A stretch of DNA of 63,443 nt, taken from a virus (Duplodnaviria; Caudoviricetes). The notes under the pieces are model-generated. The model saw only the letters and a list, made by a program, of their open reading frames with translations, made no database searches and was not told where the DNA came from. The DNA lies in the IMG/VR virus record IMGVR_UViG_3300005253_000516, positions 1 to 63,443 of that record. One strand, written 5' to 3'. This document shows positions 48,305-57,136 of this stretch, piece by piece. The position numbers and the translations under genes were made by a program. Within the stretch, counting starts at the first letter, position 1. Each line of letters begins with the position of its first letter.

Positions 48305-49311
48305 TGGGTTCAGTCCAGATCCACAACGCGGAACGCGACGCACTGCAGATACCAGACCGCCAAGCCTACGAGCACTACCACGAGCCGCTCGGCGACTTTG
48401 GGATATTCAACGGCCAGTTAGAGCAGGGGCTTGCTGGGCGATACGCCAACGATCTGGCGCAGGGCATAGAGGGATGGACGCTAGAGCCATTTGCTGGCGG
48501 CACGATAGATAGAGTTACGGGAGGACTCGCCGGCAACTGGCGCTTGCGTGGCGGCCAGGCAGGAATGGGCCAGGGCGGTCTTGCCATATCGTGGAAGTAC
48601 ATCCCGGTCGATGAGGACCGAGACTATTATGCCAGCGCCGCTTTCATTGCCAACGACGCAGCGGCGACGGTATTCCTGCAGGCGTTTTGTTATACCGCCG
48701 CGAAGGTCTTCATCGCGGCAGCAAACATAGTTAATAACGCCACCCCCGGTACGTCGTGGGTGAGATACCAGCGAAACATCGGCCCGAATGGCGACGTGGC
48801 TTGGCCTGCGAATACACGCTATGTGCGAATCCGCGTTGTCCTACAATTCAACGGTGCGCTGACGGGAGCGTTCGCCTATGTCGATGACGTGCAGTTCCAG
48901 CAACTCAAAAAGACATACTCGCCGCTGATCCGGCTCGTAAGCGACCGCATTTCAAGTGATGCTACGCGGACGTTCAACGCGGGCGCAGCCCTGCTCTGGG
49001 CGGGAAGCCCAATCACGTTGACGCTCGAGGAGCTGGGCTATATCTGGTATGAGTACAACGGCGTCGTGTGGGGGGACACTATAAACGTGATGGCATGGGA
49101 TATAGAAGTGTTCATAGACGGCGTGTCCGATAATCTCATTGTCGGCGGAGTTCCGGTAGTGAGTAACAGAACGCCGTTTTCGATGAACCAACGCAGCACA
49201 CTGAGCTATGCAGCGGGACCGCACACGCTAGATGTGCGCGTTACCGATAACGTCGGGATAGTGCAGGGAGCCCTCATTCGTGGCAGCGCATTCTATGTGA
49301 GGGTTAATTGA
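48304..49311 (+). CDS. Tail fibre/receptor-binding protein with a carbohydrate-binding-like domain
   Basis: NG..E..GW..IPVD...Y..W.RY..P.NTRYVRI..YVDDVQF. Confidence 0.65.
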   Translation: MGSVQIHNAERDALQIPDRQAYEHYHEPLGDFGIFNGQLEQGLAGRYANDLAQGIEGWTLEPFAGGTIDRVTGGLAGNWRLRGGQAGMGQGGLAISWKYIPVDEDRDYYASAAFIANDAAATVFLQAFCYTAAKVFIAAANIVNNATPGTSWVRYQRNIGPNGDVAWPANTRYVRIRVVLQFNGALTGAFAYVDDVQFQQLKKTYSPLIRLVSDRISSDATRTFNAGAALLWAGSPITLTLEELGYIWYEYNGVVWGDTINVMAWDIEVFIDGVSDNLIVGGVPVVSNRTPFSMNQRSTLSYAAGPHTLDVRVTDNVGIVQGALIRGSAFYVRVN

Positions 49312-50144
49312 TGCGCGACTGGAAATGGGCGCTGCTGGCGCTGCTGGTTTTGGGAATGGCTTTGGTGCTATTTGCCAACGGCATGGATGTTTCTGCACAG
49401 GGTGCATGGGTCCACGGGCTAATCGACGCCGACAATCGCGCAGGCTACAAAGTCCGCCTGGAACGCTGGGCTGGTGGTTGGGAACGACGCGGCTGGAGTA
49501 GGACGAATATCAGCGGCGCCTGGGGAATCGGCGCACCAATGGCGGGGTGGTATCGGGTGAGACTGGAAGAGATGCCCGCTGGCGCGAAGATGATCGGGGC
49601 GCGCTATCCAGGTGGAATCAATGGCCGAATGGACGCGGCAAATCGGGCGGTAGAGTTTAACGTCCCGGCTACCGGGTTGGTTGGTGACATCGTGTTCATC
49701 ATCGCATCGGCGCCCACGGCGACAGCAACCGCTACGCTTTCTCCGCCAACCGCTACGCTTTATGTGCCCACAGAAACACTTTATGTACCCACGACGCTCT
49801 ACCCGCCGACGGTGGATCCAACCGCGACGGCGACGCGAACACCGCGCCCGACAGCGACAGCGAACCCAGCGGTCAGCTATATCGAAATCTCGCCACATAT
49901 CCAGGGCACGCTTATGGCCTATACGGATTTGATGCTGCAAGAGTTCACACCGGCGTCATGTTTCGAGATTGCCGCTGCTGAGAAGGGCTGCCCATTGGCG
50001 GTGACACAATCGTGGGTTGCGCAGGTTGACGGGGAGTGCTGGAAGTTCCGACCATTCTCATGCCCTGGCAGCGACGGAATCGAGCTCGCGGCGCGCTGCG
50101 CGGCACCCTGCGAGGTGGCGGTTATAGAGGACGGCTATTGGTAG
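49308..50144 (+). CDS. Exported protein with a Pro/Thr linker, located at the usual endolysin position
   Basis: Signal peptide/TM, beta domain, PTATAT/TLYVP repeats, Cys-rich C-terminus. Confidence 0.7.
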   Translation: MMRDWKWALLALLVLGMALVLFANGMDVSAQGAWVHGLIDADNRAGYKVRLERWAGGWERRGWSRTNISGAWGIGAPMAGWYRVRLEEMPAGAKMIGARYPGGINGRMDAANRAVEFNVPATGLVGDIVFIIASAPTATATATLSPPTATLYVPTETLYVPTTLYPPTVDPTATATRTPRPTATANPAVSYIEISPHIQGTLMAYTDLMLQEFTPASCFEIAAAEKGCPLAVTQSWVAQVDGECWKFRPFSCPGSDGIELAARCAAPCEVAVIEDGYW

Positions 50145-50188
50145 TTCGTCGCGATGCTAGAAAGGCACACACAAGACAGGACGGATCA

Positions 50189-50506
50189 ATGAGCGAGAAA
50201 AGCGAAGCGGCTACCCCGAACAAGGGCAACGCAGCGCTGACAGATACGTTGGTGCGCTGGCTCAAGCTCATAGCCATACTGCTGACGCTGATAGGTTTCA
50301 TCGTGGCCACGTCGGCGGCGTGGACGACGATGGAAGCGCGGGCCACGGCGCTTGAACGCTCAGACGAGGTGTTTATGGAGCGTGTCCTACGCATAGAGTC
50401 AGAACAGGCCCAGATGCGGGACGTGTTGGTGGTGCTACAACAGGGCCAGGCGGGCATGGATGCGAAGCTCGACATCCTGGTTGGGGACAGGCGCAAAGCG
50501 CCGTAG
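50189..50506 (+). CDS. Single-TM coiled-coil protein (holin/hemolysin-like)
   Basis: TM helix followed by a coiled coil ending MDAKLD. Confidence 0.6.
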   Translation: MSEKSEAATPNKGNAALTDTLVRWLKLIAILLTLIGFIVATSAAWTTMEARATALERSDEVFMERVLRIESEQAQMRDVLVVLQQGQAGMDAKLDILVGDRRKAP

Positions 50507-50514
50507 GAGGAACC

Positions 50515-50880
50515 ATGACACTCGAGCAAGCATTGATCTGGGTTGCATCTGGGGGCGGGGCAGGCATAATCGCCTTCCTCATCATAGAGCGCTGGGCATG
50601 GGGCCTGTCTCTCGATCCTAAGCCTCGCCAGCTTTTGGCGTGGGTTATCTCTGGGCTGTGCGGGCTTGTGGCCCTTGGCGGAGGCCTTGCACTTGGCTAT
50701 CAGGCGATGCCGGCGACTGGCGAAGCCTGGGCCTCGATTATTTGGTTGGCCATCTCAACAGCGATCGGTGGTGCGAAACTTGCGCACACGTTCGCAGTGC
50801 TAGGCAAGTTCACCCGTGACCCCTATGGTAGCCGCATCGAAAAGCCGCCGCCATATCGACCACCATATCATCCACACTGA
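50515..50880 (+). CDS. Holin-like membrane protein
   Basis: Three hydrophobic segments; last gene of the late operon. Confidence 0.65.
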   Translation: MTLEQALIWVASGGGAGIIAFLIIERWAWGLSLDPKPRQLLAWVISGLCGLVALGGGLALGYQAMPATGEAWASIIWLAISTAIGGAKLAHTFAVLGKFTRDPYGSRIEKPPPYRPPYHPH

Positions 50881-50974
50881 CATGCCCGCCCGCCGCCCGG
50901 TTCCCCTTGCCGGGTCGCGGCCTCCTTTCCTCCTTGGGTACCTGACGCCTAACGGCTGAGGGTGCCCAGGTTGC

Positions 50975-51104
50975 TTGACATACGGCCCAGCATCGTGTAC
51001 GATATGGGTGCTGGCGTGTGTCCTCTGCAATAATCCCATAGTGAGAACGGCCCGAGCGGGGCGACACATGCCAGCACGTGTGATCAAAGCCGCTCGGGCT
51101 TCTC
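50975..51104 (+). promoter_or_regulatory. Promoter plus A-B-A'-B' leader of the second HNH-AP2 gene
   Basis: TTGACA-17-TACGAT; GTGCTGGCGTGTGTC (51008-22) pairs with GACACATGCCAGCAC (51063-77) in the loop of GCCCGAGCGG/CCGCTCGGGC. Confidence 0.75.
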
Positions 51105-51122
51105 TGCGTCTTGGAGGCAATC

Positions 51123-51605
51123 ATGAAAGAGATACCGCTGTCGAAGGGATACGTTGCCCTTGTTGACGATGAAGACTATGAGGAGTTGATGCGATACAAG
51201 TGGCATGTGGGTAGCTATGGACCACGCCCACATGCCATGAGGAAGGTGCGGCCGGCGGAGGGGGAAACCGTCACGCGCATAGCTATGCACCGTCAAATCA
51301 CGGGCGCGCCAAAAGGCATGGACGTGGATCATATCAATCATCAGACGCTAGACAACCAACGCGCCAATCTGAGAGTCTGCACGCGCAGCCAGAACATGAT
51401 GAACATGCGCAAGCGCCCCGGATGCTCTAGTCGGTTCAAAGGGGTTTGCTGGAACAAGGCCAATGACAACTGGATAGCTTACATCATGGTGAACTATTGC
51501 CAAAAGACGATAGGCTACTTTGATGACGAAGTAGACGCTGCCTGCGCATACAACGCAGAGGCTCGCGTCAAGTTCCGCGAGTTCGCGTTGCTGAATGATG
51601 TGTAG
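51123..51605 (+). CDS. HNH endonuclease with AP2 domain (paralog of 242-718)
   Basis: MKEIPLSKG..VDHINHQTLDNQRANLR..SSRFKGV..GYF..AYN. Confidence 0.9.
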   Translation: MKEIPLSKGYVALVDDEDYEELMRYKWHVGSYGPRPHAMRKVRPAEGETVTRIAMHRQITGAPKGMDVDHINHQTLDNQRANLRVCTRSQNMMNMRKRPGCSSRFKGVCWNKANDNWIAYIMVNYCQKTIGYFDDEVDAACAYNAEARVKFREFALLNDV

Positions 51606-51644
51606 CGAGTTTTGCCACAATCCGATTATGTACTGTCAAACCCC

Positions 51645-51673
51645 TTGACATCTCGTGTCATCTCGTGTATAAT
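51645..51673 (+). promoter_or_regulatory. Consensus sigma70 early promoter
   Basis: TTGACA-17-TATAAT with extended TG; the spacer is a tandem CATCTCGTGT repeat. Confidence 0.9.
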
Positions 51674-51718
51674 CATGGTAGAGTTGAGTGGGACAGGGGA
51701 CACACGAGGAGCAGAGAG

Positions 51719-51925
51719 ATGGCAGAGCAAGTAACGATCAAGGGTCAGAAATACACAATCATACAGCATCACACCTGGGGAATCCTCCCGGCCCTTGACA
51801 AAGATATGACCGCCCGCAATCTCAGCGACAGCCTCGGAATGGTCAAGGCCGGTGGCGGCAAGGTTCTCTTCCATGTCCATGTTGGCAACAGCGGCAACTA
51901 TAGCAAAGTCACCCGACTCGGCTAA
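51719..51925 (+). CDS. Small early protein
   Basis: GAGGAG RBS after the strong promoter. Confidence 0.65.
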   Translation: MAEQVTIKGQKYTIIQHHTWGILPALDKDMTARNLSDSLGMVKAGGGKVLFHVHVGNSGNYSKVTRLG

Positions 51926-51980
51926 CCCTTCACCCCGAGACGCCCGCCCGGAGCACGACTCCGGGCAAGGAGAGCAACCG

Positions 51981-52229
51981 ATGGAAACAACGAGATACAC
52001 GATCAGCGCAGACCCGGTAGACTATGGTGAGGATTGCAAGGACGGCCAGGCATGCGCCGAGGCAATGCGAACACACCTGCGACAGAACGCAGAAACCTTC
52101 GGGATGAATGTAGACTTTGCCATCGTGCCAGAAACCAGCAGCCGCGACAACCGATCGACAGGCGACGCCGCCATCATCTCAGAACTAGACCATATGCTGT
52201 ATAGGCACTGGATCGCCTGGCTTCCCTAG
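51981..52229 (+). CDS. Small early protein
   Basis: AAGGAG RBS. Confidence 0.65.
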   Translation: METTRYTISADPVDYGEDCKDGQACAEAMRTHLRQNAETFGMNVDFAIVPETSSRDNRSTGDAAIISELDHMLYRHWIAWLP

Positions 52230-52292
52230 ACGAAACGCCCCGGCGGCTCCGGAGCCGAGGGGCGTCTGTGGCAAGAGCCGCACTGATGAGTC
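52229..52292 (+). ncRNA. Type II hammerhead ribozyme
   Basis: GAC-GAAAC-GCCCC..GGGGC-GTC(cleavage)-TGTGGC-AAGA-GCCGCA-CTGATGA-GTC: complete core plus stems I, II and III. Confidence 0.9.
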
Positions 52293-52311
52293 AAACACAG
52301 AGGAGGGTAAC

Positions 52312-52548
52312 GTGGACAAACAAATCACGATCATCGCCGCGCAACCGATCCAGTACATGGCCCCGCTTTGGCAGGTTGACCTGCTCGGCCCAAAACTGAA
52401 TGTCGAGTCTCTCGAATGGCTCAACGAACAGCCAATCTCTATTGTCGCCAGCAACGTTCAAGGCTGGCCCCCCTTCAGCCATCTTGTCGAGGTTGAGGTC
52501 GAGATAGAGGGCACATGGCAATACCTGGCACTGGCTCAGGGAGCCTAG
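52312..52548 (+). CDS. Small early protein
   Basis: GAGGAGG RBS just 3' of the ribozyme. Confidence 0.6.
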   Translation: MDKQITIIAAQPIQYMAPLWQVDLLGPKLNVESLEWLNEQPISIVASNVQGWPPFSHLVEVEVEIEGTWQYLALAQGA

Positions 52549-52608
52549 TACACCGCCCCGCTGGCGGGCATAGCTGCCTGAGTATACTCAGGACAGAAAG
52601 AGGAGACC

Positions 52609-52845
52609 ATGGGACCAAAACGGCGACGACGAGGGGTCGGCGGTGCGCCACTGACGCCGATCCGCTACATCAATGTGAACTTTCCGCCGAGTGACCGCGA
52701 GCTGCACGAGTGGGTCAAGGCGAAAGCAAAGGAACGCCGACAGGGAGCGTCGCAATTTCTGCGGTGCCTGGCGGATGACGCGAAGGCGGCGGAAGAGGCG
52801 GAGCTGGCGCTAGAGGCGGAGGCGAGCGATGGATCCGCAGACTGA
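52609..52845 (+). CDS. Arc/RHH-like DNA-binding protein
   Basis: INVNFP..ELHEWVK.KA......SQFLR. Confidence 0.6.
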   Translation: MGPKRRRRGVGGAPLTPIRYINVNFPPSDRELHEWVKAKAKERRQGASQFLRCLADDAKAAEEAELALEAEASDGSAD

Positions 52846-53053
52846 CCAAATCGCCGCGATTGAAACGAATCAGAGGGAGTTGTTTAGAGCCGGACGCGCA
52901 GCCGCAGAGGCTGGGGTGATGGCCGCTGAGCTAGGCGCAGCGCTAGAACGAAGGGTTGCCCTCAACACCGCCAGCATCGAGAGCTTTGAGCGCACCATCA
53001 CCGACATGCAAGCGCAGATCGACAAGCTGACGCGGGAGGCGAGCGATGGATAA
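52829..53053 (+). CDS. Coiled-coil hypothetical protein
   Basis: GGAGG RBS; heptad pattern. Confidence 0.6.
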   Translation: MDPQTDQIAAIETNQRELFRAGRAAAEAGVMAAELGAALERRVALNTASIESFERTITDMQAQIDKLTREASDG

Positions 53054-53792
53054 CGCCAGGAACACGGACGGGACGCCGTATCTAGGTCACGGCGGCGGCG
53101 GCGCAGCAATGGGCGACCGGGGGACGGATGGCAAGACGCCCTGGTATGACGAACGCATCACGCCCGAGATCCCGCTAGAGCAGATCGACCGTGAGGCCAT
53201 ACCCGACTATGCGCTCGTCGACAGTCGCATGCGCGAGCAGCGAGCCGCTGACGGACAGGGCCGCACGCCAGAGCAGCGGGCAGCGGGCGAGTACGTCGCG
53301 ATCGACACCATGGACCCAGAGGTCCGCGGCGCCATCGACGCGCAGGACAACGCCATCGAGGAGCAGGATGCCACAATCGACAAGCCGCGCAAAGACGTTG
53401 ATCGATGGATGGATGATCTCGAAAAGCGGGGCGATGAGACATCAGACAACGAGGCGGCTATCAAAGCCCTCCAGGCAACCCTCGCCGAGCAGTCCGCCCT
53501 CATCACCGGCCAGCGCGCCGCTATCGAGGCGTTGCGCGTGGTGTTTGAGGAGGTGGCGCAGGGCGCGAGGCATCTGGCGGGGAGGATTGACAAGCTCGAA
53601 TGGTGGCGCGATCGACAGCACACCATCAACCAGGACATCTATCGGCAGATGCAGAGCGGGTGCGATAAGCTAACCCTGGACCGCATGAACGGTGATGACG
53701 CGCTGGACCAGAGGATACGGGCACGCGCGATTGAGTTGGAACACAGGATCGACGCACTAGAAAAGCAGGCAAAGGAGGGCAACCGTGAGTGA
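53046..53792 (+). CDS. Coiled-coil hypothetical protein
   Basis: GGAGG RBS; long heptad region. Confidence 0.65.
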   Translation: MDNARNTDGTPYLGHGGGGAAMGDRGTDGKTPWYDERITPEIPLEQIDREAIPDYALVDSRMREQRAADGQGRTPEQRAAGEYVAIDTMDPEVRGAIDAQDNAIEEQDATIDKPRKDVDRWMDDLEKRGDETSDNEAAIKALQATLAEQSALITGQRAAIEALRVVFEEVAQGARHLAGRIDKLEWWRDRQHTINQDIYRQMQSGCDKLTLDRMNGDDALDQRIRARAIELEHRIDALEKQAKEGNRE

Positions 53793-54249
53793 CTCTATTG
53801 CCGTCGACCAGGTGCTTGCCGACCTGGAGCACATTCGTGACGAGATCGAGCAGGCGGCGTGCGAGTTGGCCAAAGTCGAAAAGAAACAGGCCCATATGGG
53901 CCATGTCTTGCAACAGTCAAAAGATGAGCACGAGCTAATGATCGTCACGGCCACGATGGAGGCATACGCTGAGGATGTGGTCAACGGAAAGAATCAAAAG
54001 ATGCGGGATGCCCAACTCAGCGCCTACATTGGCACGCACAAAGGCATAGAGCTTACTATGCGTCAATACCGACGCGCGGAAACGGAGGTCGCTATTCTCG
54101 AGACAGAAGCAACGCTACACCGCCGCAACTACACCGTCGCAACCAACCGCCTTTGGGCTCTGCGCGCTATGGCAGAGCTGCATTCAGCGCGACTCAATTC
54201 CATGGCAGGTGTCGAGTACCACACAGAGAGAGGAGAGCGAGTAGGATGA
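53785..54249 (+). CDS. Helical protein (UvsY-like pattern, uncertain)
   Basis: GKNQKMRDAQL motif inside a coiled coil. Confidence 0.55.
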   Translation: MSDSIAVDQVLADLEHIRDEIEQAACELAKVEKKQAHMGHVLQQSKDEHELMIVTATMEAYAEDVVNGKNQKMRDAQLSAYIGTHKGIELTMRQYRRAETEVAILETEATLHRRNYTVATNRLWALRAMAELHSARLNSMAGVEYHTERGERVG

Positions 54250-55043
54250 CGACCACAATGGACCTGATGGACAGGGCGCAGATGGAGGCCGTGCAAGCCG
54301 ATGAACTGAAGGTTGGCAAGGACGCCCTTGCCACCACCTCGCAGAACGTCCCGGCGACAATCCCCGAGATCCCCGCCGAACTCAGCATGGAAGGCATGGA
54401 AGGCATCGAGCAGTCCGACCTGATGGTCCCACGGATGCGGGTTTTGCAGCCCACATCGAAGCTCGATGGGACCACGGGCGAGTTCCATTTCAACCTGACC
54501 GGCGAGACAAAAAAGACGGTCGTCGCTGTGTTGCTACGCGTCCAGAAAGGCCGCGTGATGTGGAACCCTGATGACCTGGGGGCTGCCCCGGTGTGCGCCA
54601 GCGACGATGATAAGATGCCAAGGTCGGGCGGGACCTACGCAAACCCCTGCGCTGATTGCCCAATGAGCAAATGGGGCGCAGAAAACACCCCGCCCGCCTG
54701 CTCGGCGACCTACAACTTTTTGGCCGCCGACACAGAGGACGATAACGCGCCGTTTATGCTGAGTCTGAGCAAAACCAGCCTCAAGCACGCCAAGCGCATC
54801 ATCAGCGTTTTTGTCCTCAAGCACAAGCCACTCTGGTCAGGCCCGGTGCGCATCATGTCGATACTCGTCACAGGCGACAAGGGGAAGTGGTACGAAGTGA
54901 CCTTCACCCCCGCGCCCCCCAAGGGCTTCGACTGGCGCCCCTATCGCGAGATGTATCTGGGCATGAAAGCTATGGAACTGCGCACCGATACAGAGCCTAC
55001 GCCGCCAGAGGGCGGGCTTGATGAGGAAGAATTGCCGTTCTAA
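54246..55043 (+). CDS. Phage ssDNA-binding/annealing protein (putative)
   Basis: PR..VLQ.TS..G.F..C.S.D..CA.CP..WG..PAC; acidic DEEELPF tail. Confidence 0.65.
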   Translation: MTTTMDLMDRAQMEAVQADELKVGKDALATTSQNVPATIPEIPAELSMEGMEGIEQSDLMVPRMRVLQPTSKLDGTTGEFHFNLTGETKKTVVAVLLRVQKGRVMWNPDDLGAAPVCASDDDKMPRSGGTYANPCADCPMSKWGAENTPPACSATYNFLAADTEDDNAPFMLSLSKTSLKHAKRIISVFVLKHKPLWSGPVRIMSILVTGDKGKWYEVTFTPAPPKGFDWRPYREMYLGMKAMELRTDTEPTPPEGGLDEEELPF

Positions 55044-55560
55044 ACGATGTCCCAATAGACGGGGCAGAGGCGCAACGACAACGTGACGAAGCGCCGCCAG
55101 CACACAACCCGCGTAGGAGCAGAGCGAGGTTGTTCGGATAGCAACGCGGCGCGGGGTAGTCGGTGCCCATCGGGAGTCGAGTCCCGACCGCGCCATGGGC
55201 AACCGGGGCAACTTGCCCCTCCCTTAACTGGACGCGCCGTTGTTCCGGTTGCCTTCATCCGCAGACAGAGAGGAGGCCGCCGATGCGCTAGTGGGAGCCC
55301 AGGTAGAGGGCGCTTGCAGCAATAGATGACCGCAAAAGGGTGGAAGGCCGCAGCCCGGCAAACGAGCGGCCACTCTCGGCAGGGGCAACAAGTGAGCGAA
55401 GCCCCCGCCACGTATCCGCCACGACGTAGCTAGCAAAGGAGGCCACCGATGCGGGCAACTGAATCACGCGAGCGCTGCCCCCCAAGACACGAGAATTAAC
55501 ACTGCCGTTTGGGGGCCGCGACGGATTAGAGCGGCCCGCCGCTGGAAGCATAGAGAGGAG
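55044..55560 (+). ncRNA. Putative structured ncRNA region with a mini tRNA-like domain
   Basis: About 520 nt without a credible ORF; multiple hairpins (see findings). Confidence 0.45.
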
Positions 55561-55566
55561 AGAGAC

Positions 55567-55773
55567 GTGTCTTATCAATGTGGTCGCTGCGGGACCGAGA
55601 TCAAGTCGGGCCTTGACGGCGTGTTGCAACAAAAGGACTATGATGCACTCTGCTGGGCATGCTACGATGTCACCATCACAGAGGAGCGCGAGGCCGCCCA
55701 GATCGAGGAGGCGAACCGCGAGGCAGCCAAGCAAGAGGGGATGCGGGAAGAGGACGCGGAAGCCGAAGCATAG
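55567..55773 (+). CDS. Small Zn-finger protein
   Basis: CGRCG..LCWACY. Confidence 0.6.
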   Translation: MSYQCGRCGTEIKSGLDGVLQQKDYDALCWACYDVTITEEREAAQIEEANREAAKQEGMREEDAEAEA

Positions 55774-56671
55774 AGAGGAGAGCGTCATGCCACAGGGCCT
55801 AAAGCACTACAACGTCTTTTTCCGTGAGACGCGGCGACATAGGTGGTACTGGCTGCCTAAAGAGTCGCGGTGGGCAACTGCGAATGGCCTGCGGGACCTG
55901 CGCGAGAATCTACGGGCGCGGTTGGACAAGCTCCCCCGAGAGCAGGGCAAAACGCCGGGATACGCTATTGTGCGGGATGACTCCGGCATCGTGCTGATGT
56001 CAATGTCGAAAGCTACGTGGCGGCGGATACCGAAAAGCGAAAAGGCATTGGTAGAGAGGAGGGAGACGTGAGCGGCTACATGACCGCCACCGCTGCCCGC
56101 GCCCTCTACGACCGCGCACAGCGGCCTCGCCCGTCGCGCGTGACGCCCGAGCGCAACGCTGCCTTGGCCGCGATGCTTGCTGACGAGATCCGCGTAGCAC
56201 GCGCGTCCGGGGCGGTCATGGCAGCGCAGGGGCATAACGGGCCGGCGGCGTATGTGTTCTCTGAGGTGCGACGGATGACGGAGTTGCGGGGGTTTTACGC
56301 AGGGGAGAGAAGCGAAGCATGGTAACGATCTGCGTGGTATGTTTGTGCGTGATCTCAGGCAATCCAGATGACGCACTTGATGGTGAGATTGAGCAGGGAC
56401 TATGTAGTCCGGAATGCAGAGACGCATGGGATAAAGAACAGTTTGGCAAGGAGGCCGACGATGGCGAGTGACTTTATTCAGATCGGCGACGTGGCTATTG
56501 GCGTAAAAGCCATAGCGTGGATCGACTTCGCAGACGCAGACGTTGTGACGCTGGCAACGGTAGACATGCGGGAGGGCGAGCATTGGACATTCAAGGGTCC
56601 CCAGTCCGCCGCCTTTCGCACCTGGTGGGAGACCAAGGCGTCGGTCAACGTGCTGTATACGGAGCCCGACG

Positions 56672-56917
56672 ATGTGTAAATGTCTAACGAGCTTAACAGA
56701 CCAGGGCTGGCCCTTCCCATTCGAGCAGCGGCTATCCTTTAACATCGAGACCATGGGAAACCTGTCCGCGCCTTGGGGCGTCGCCTTGCAACACGCGACG
56801 AAAACGGGGAAACGCAGCAGCAGAGGCAGCAAGTTCCTGCTGCTCAACTATTGCCCCATCTGTGGCAAGGATCTGAGGGAAAAGAGCGAGGAGGCCGACG
56901 ATGAATCGCCAACGTGA
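56672..56917 (+). CDS. Small Cys-rich protein
   Basis: MCKC..LNYCPICGK.L. Confidence 0.65.
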   Translation: MCKCLTSLTDQGWPFPFEQRLSFNIETMGNLSAPWGVALQHATKTGKRSSRGSKFLLLNYCPICGKDLREKSEEADDESPT

Positions 56918-57136
56918 CGCCGACCGCCGCGAGGATGAGGGCCGCATGTCGGTGTTTGTGACGGCCCTCGCGTTGGTGGCAATGGTCGCAGTAGCGGCTG
57001 CCCTGGCCTACTACCTCAACACCGCGCCGTGGGCGCAAGGGTTTTGGGAGGCGGTGCGGTAAGATGATAGACGCGCTAGCCGGCCGCAAGTGGGCGGTGC
57101 TGCAGGGCGATTGCCGCGAGCTGAGAGGAGACTAGA

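Noticed and set aside
45051-49311. Diversity-generating retroelement acting on tail genes
   Set aside because: No reverse transcriptase and no TR/VR repeat pair seen
55295-55335. Resemblance to the RNase P RNA 3' region (CCCAGGTAG..GCTTG..AGATGACCGC)
   Set aside because: No GAGGAAAGTCC or ACAGAA..CGGCTTA P4 elements
55283-55462. Possible TAG-recoded ORF (ATG CGC TAG .. TAG .. TAG .. KEATDAGN TGA)
   Set aside because: TAG is the evident stop of many bona fide genes here (e.g. 718, 12250, 15283), there is no suppressor tRNA, and the read-through product looks non-protein-like
55496-55560. TAACACTGCC resembling the 5' core of a twister ribozyme
   Set aside because: The P4 hairpin and pseudoknot partners are missing
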